A program made the translations under genes and the position numbers. A stretch of 55,163 bases of DNA, the filler included, from Bipalium vagum (taxonomy: Eukaryota), in assembly GCA_037834085.1 (NCBI GenBank). It is 3 parts of 3 records of this genome, joined end to end, with 100 filler letters (N's around TTAATTAATTAA, not from the genome) between each part and the next. Parts side by side here need not be neighbours in the genome. Positions count along the whole stretch, not along the records: positions 34,575 to 55,163 come from JBBMKC010249822.1; 2 more parts are not named here. The stretch is one strand, 5' to 3'. The notes under the pieces were generated by a model that saw nothing but the letters and a program-made list of their open reading frames with translations, searched no databases and was not told where the DNA came from. Below are positions 51,055 to 55,163 of this stretch, piece after piece. Within the stretch, counting starts at the first letter, position 1. The number at the start of each line of letters is the position of its first letter.

Positions 51055-53917
51055 TTTTTTAAACAGAATATAATTATTAAAGAAATAGATTTTTGAATAT
51101 CAAGGAAAATTTTCAAATTGATTGTGATAGCTTGATCTAAAATATAACCTTAATTGAAAAAATCACTCAATTTATTTTGTAAGGTAATTAATTCTCATCG
51201 TTTTTTATGAAAATAAAATCTTTATTTAAAAGTAACAAAACATTTATTTCAGTCAAAATATTTGCCGTTAGCAGCTATAACTTTTGACCATCTTTCGGAC
51301 AAAAAATGGATTCCGCGGTAAAACAAATCTTGCAAGATGTGGTCTGTTGTTATCGTGTTGCAAAATAATCTGATCATGTCTTAGTCCACATTCTGGTCTC
51401 TTGGTACTTATTGCTCGATTTAAATCGAGTAATTTCTGCTAATATAGATCAACAGTTACAGTTTTGAATGGTTTGAATAGCTCATGGTACAATACTCCCG
51501 TTTGGTCCCACCAGATACATAGCATCACTTTGCTTTTTTTCGACAATCCTTGTTCTGCGGATGTAGATGGTTCTCTGAGCATTGTCCATGATTTTCTGCG
51601 ATTGGGATTCTTATACCACACCTATTTTTTATCAACAGTTATAATTCGATGCAAAAATGAGTACCTTGTAAGTAACACTTCACAAACATTTTTGCAATTT
51701 TCTTGCAGCCTTTCGGTCAAATCACATGGTATTCATTTTTCATACTTTTGGATCATTCCCAATTATTGCATCCATTTACCAGCAGTTGACCTTTCAACAT
51801 TCAATATATGTGCTATTTCTTCAAGGGTTTGGCATGGATCTTCTTTGATAATTCTTTGTAAGTCATCATCTTCGAACTTCTTTGTTTTAGACGCTAAAGT
51901 CACCTGTTTTAAATCACCGATACCGTTCTCGTCCTGTTGGTTTGAACTGGATATATGCACCGTAAGGTTTTGTCATTAATCTATGTACCTTGGCTGCTGA
52001 TTTCTTTAAATTGTGGCAAAATAATATTGATTCTCACAAATGCTGTTTTCCTGGTCTATGATTTTTCATTTTCGCTAAAATAAATAAGCCATTTAATCAA
52101 TTAAAACAAATACTAACTATTGATATCATATAGATATATTACAATATTACTTTTTAGTTTTATTTTCAATAACAAATGCACGATATTTATAATAATAAAT
52201 AATCTATAACAAAACGATTAGAGCTAATTTATACCTAATATATTGAAAAATTTTAATTCACCACAAAAAAGGTTTGATAATAAAAGTTTATATCCAGAAT
52301 TTCTTCTTAATAAGCTGGTTCTTTTAAAAAAGGAGATATTTGGCAATATTAAAATTTTATCAATTAATTTTGTACCCAGCTTGAAACACTGTCCATATTA
52401 CGTTCCAGATCGCTTTTGAATGCTTTTCCAAGCTCGACTTTTTAAAAAATTAAAATTATTTTTCTGACAAAGTTTAAAAGAAACTGTAAATTTAATTACT
52501 GAATTTTTAAGAAATAAAAGGAAAACCTTTTTTCTAAATTTACTTGATTTTTCGGTTCTCCTATATGAATTTTAAAAAGTCTTGTTATTGTGAATAAATT
52601 ATTAAAATACATTTTTCGATTTGGTTTATTCTTAAGTTATTATTATTTTCAATAATTATGAATAGGCTAAAGGCGTCCGAAAAATTATGTTATCAACGAG
52701 CATTTATTCTAAAAATTTGAAATCTGAAAAAATCCGGTTTTATAGTCGATTAAGCAGTTAGTAGTAGTCTTTTGTTGATTTTCTAACACGAAACAAACTT
52801 TTTATTATTTATTTATTTATTTAAACGAAAAATAATTTCAATGTACTTTGCAAAAAATATGTAAATTTTTTGTTCAAAGAAAATATCACAAGAGGTTACC
52901 ATTCAACTTAATGTTGAGAATTCAAAAAAGTTTGGCAATTGAAAAACATTGTAAGATTGAAGAAGCTCGACAACAGAGTATCAATATTACATGAAACATC
53001 GGCATTATTTTTGAACCAACAATTTGTATCTCAATAAATAATCATAATTATAATTTATAAATAATATATAATATAAATAATAATATAAATAATAATATAT
53101 AAATAATATATAAATAAATAATATAAATAATCCCCTCAGTATTGTTATACATGATTAAAGAAAGAAACTTTACTGTAGGTAATAATGTAAGATAATAAAA
53201 AGACTACTCTTTTTCTGCTTATAGTCGTCCTTAGGCAATTTAATTTTTTTAATTTCAGGTCTTTGTTGGTCTTCTATCATTTTTTAAGATAACATGAAAA
53301 ATTAATTATTAAAATGATTTTTTCAGATTTCCAAAATCGGACCAGACCACTCATCAAGTCGACAGTAAAAAGATGGTTATTGATCTGGATAAAGTGGCTA
53401 TCGGTGGATATTTATCATTGAAAATGATTTATACTTTCAATTTGAGTTTTTGTACATCATCTATCTAATAAATCTTGGGAACATCGTCTTTCTGTAAATT
53501 TTTGATTATTTCATTTCTGTTTTATTTATTTTTATTATATTTATGGTGGTCTTTCTTTATATTTTTTTGCTCTTTAAAGAAATACTTTGTAATGTCTCAC
53601 GTTTTTACAACTGAAACTGAGTTCCTTCACATTATGTGGAATAGCAAGCCATTAGATAAGACTAAGGAAAAATCAGACATCGATTTCAGATTGTAATTGA
53701 AATTATTTGTTAGAAAACAAATTTTCAGAAATCAAGAATAAGATTTTTTTAAATTAGTTGAGTATTAAAAGTAATATTGTGGTATTCATTGCCTAACTGT
53801 ATTTATTAAAAGAGGATCATGAATGAACTAGTAATTTTTTTAATGTAATAATTTCAGAACGAATTGAAGATGAGGATTGTTTACCATTATTCAAATAAAA
53901 TAAGTTTCTTAGATTGA
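39498..53917 (+). CDS. Multi-exon gene of unknown function (~420-423 aa; Ser-rich with a coiled-coil-like segment)
   Basis: Phase-consistent GT-AG chain: 39498-39638, 39687-40366, 41830-41962, 49820-49960, 50143-50192, 53327-53393 (or -53403), 53858-53917 (or -53898). The apparent stop of ORF 39741-40370 lies within the donor AA|GTAAAT. Exons 1-2 are strong; the downstream linkage rests on phase and splice-site fit. Confidence 0.65.
41050..41760 (-). mobile_element. Highly decayed mariner
   Basis: NVFGAGIT...WWCRKF and VIKADSRITSR resemble mariner NNAFGxGT..WFxKF and IEADPRxTTR. Confidence 0.5.
43770..44712 (-). mobile_element. Internally deleted mariner transposon
   Basis: LRMFLLYDFKSG, TSQELAQKFGVSHTAILHHLKEIVKFIKLDVWVPHKL, LHDNPQPHV and LTHPLYS motifs. 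The 5' TIR reads TATTAGGTTGGAAACAAAGTTC. Confidence 0.9.
44720..45410 (-). mobile_element. Second mariner relic (5' half), tandem to the previous one
   Basis: FLYKFKLSHKRTEASRNINNVFEEGTTN and LYDNRRRS fragments. TIR TATTAGGTTGTTCAAAAAATAATGTCG at ~45383-45410. Confidence 0.85.
45795..47000 (-). CDS. Candidate small nested antisense gene (~80 aa, 4 exons)
   Basis: Phase-consistent exons 47000-46934, 46737-46699, 46416-46314, 45828-45795 give MENQAIRWNSIILDSLVEITFLGIGGCTTFENCIDLLFNISHKPGEASMTINDALVEGTTLFGTRSIPVCEISGSKGYCE*. No homology recognised. Confidence 0.3.
48870..49430 (+). mobile_element. LTR-like remnant with PBS-like and leader sequence
   Basis: TGATTGG at 49098-49104, TATAAA at 49126-49131, an end in ...TTACA (49344), then TT-TGGGTCCCCTAGAG and a GC-rich 70-bp stretch. 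No second LTR or coding sequence. Confidence 0.45.
51003..51051. repeat. (TTA)n microsatellite
   Basis: Near-perfect trinucleotide run. Confidence 0.9.
51180..52240 (-). mobile_element. Decayed mariner transposon
   Basis: KKFEDDDLQRIIKEDPCQTLEEIAHILNV, WYKNPNRRKSW, KVMLCIWWDQTGVLYHEL and LQHDNNRPH motifs. TIR-like TATTAGGTATAAATTAGCTCTAATCG at the 5' end. Confidence 0.9.
53055..53131. repeat. AT-only minisatellite (about 11-14-nt units such as ATAAATAATAT)
   Basis: Imperfect tandem units visible directly in the sequence. Confidence 0.75.
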
Positions 53918-54417
53918 AATCCTGTTGAGTCTTCATTATTCTATGATGATATAATGAAAGTTTGAAATAGTGAAGATAATAAATTAAGTTATCAAATAAC
54001 TCAGGAATATGACCAATTTATGATCATGCTAAGATATAAATAAGTAACTGTGAATACTTAAACAGATTGCAGAATTTTTAAAATTCTTATAATGTGCCTC
54101 AGTATTTAAAATAAACAAAAATTAGATTTTTTTATACTTAAAGATTTATTTCATTAAATTATAAAATGATATTTTGTAAAAAATGTTGTTTGAAATTAAA
54201 AAAAGGTATATTAATTTATTGAATAAATAGTTTTTCTTTAAATAACGGGCGATTTTGGAACGCTTTTGAAAAAAAAAATTTTTATTCACCAAAAGAATAA
54301 TCATAATAATGATTTTATAATAAAACCCGTTTTATTATTTTATTAACAAAAATATAATTATTAATTTTTTAAATAATAAATAAATTACCATGAAGCATAT
54401 CCACTTGATTAAAGTTT

Positions 54418-54872
54418 GGGTTCTTTTTGGTAGTCTATTTATATTCTAAGAAAAAATCTTGTGGATATAGCAGAAGTCCAATTAACAACAGAGGCCTTGG
54501 AATTATTTTAGTTATGGTGATTTTCATTCGACTTGTTAAAATCATTTTTTCAAATTTAAATAAAATTTTAAAAAATTTTTATTAATTTATACACTATTTA
54601 TACTTATAAAATAAAAACTAAGTAGGTGGATCAAGGCCAAAGAAATAACATGCCAACTCACACTTCATTTCTTGTGTATTTTTTTTAGTATTTTTAGTAA
54701 TATCATTGTAAAAATTCGATATTTATACGATGTCACGTCCTTTAATAATTTTTAAATTTAATATATTAAGTCAAATATAAATATTTAAATAAATTTACTT
54801 TACTCTAAAAAATTTCAACTAAAATAATTCCAAGGCCTCCTGCTATATAAATAGACGACCAAAAAAAGAACC
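54418..54872. mobile_element. MITE-like element with ~60-bp interrupted inverted ends
   Basis: Left GGTTCTTTTTGGTAGTCTATTTATAT..ATAGCAG..GAGGCCTTGGAATTATTTTAGTT is the reverse complement of right AACTAAAATAATTCCAAGGCCTCCTGCTATATAAATAGACGACCAAAAAAAGAACC. The AT-rich interior is noncoding. Confidence 0.75.
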
Positions 54873-55163
54873 GAAGTTGGTCATCAGAAGAATCTAAAAA
54901 CAAAAACAAAATAAATAATAAAAACAATTAATGAAATAACCTTTTCTCAAGTCAGTAGAGTAGACAGTAGTATCTGTCAATAAAAAAATCATGTCAGTTA
55001 TTCTAAACATGATTTAACCTGTCAAAAAAAATAAACACAACATACAAATAATTAAAAACGTGCATTAATAAAAATAATAGCATATAATATTAGGGTGAGT
55101 CATAATAACTCGCGTTTTTTAAGACTTTATAATGAAAGACAAAAAATAAAAATTATCAAACAT

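Noticed and set aside
1-55163. CRISPR arrays, rRNA, operon-like prokaryotic systems, or a stop-codon-reassigned genetic code
   Set aside because: No repeat-spacer arrays or rRNA were seen. The intact genes translate cleanly with the standard code and spliceosomal introns; in-frame stops occur only in decayed elements.

Overview
This is very AT-rich, intron-containing eukaryotic DNA. The short GT-AG introns, (AAT)n tracts and dense mariner/Tc1 relics suggest a triclad planarian such as Schmidtea or Dugesia; that assignment is an inference. Two 100-bp artificial scaffold linkers (N44-TTAATTAATTAA-N44) split the window into three contigs. Host genes I could assemble by hand: a cyclin J-like gene (+, 2547-5571, possibly extending to 6565); an intronless Gemin5-like WD40/TPR gene (-, 7949-11758); a complete 7-exon ALDH1/2-family aldehyde dehydrogenase (-, 24535-31040, 489 aa); and a 7-exon gene of unknown function (+, 39498-~53900, ~420 aa). 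The rest is mostly decayed mobile DNA: about 15 Tc1/mariner fragments, a pogo/Tigger, a CGGBP1-like hAT, a MITE, a tRNA-derived sequence and LTR remnants. The most unusual item is a decayed Ty3/gypsy element at ~12020-14430. Its protease frame is preceded by a hydrophobic, membrane-like segment with no recognisable Gag, its LTR-like region carries three tandem hairpins, and it sits ~260 bp upstream of the intronless Gemin5 on the same strand. All family assignments come from motif recognition by eye; no searches were run.
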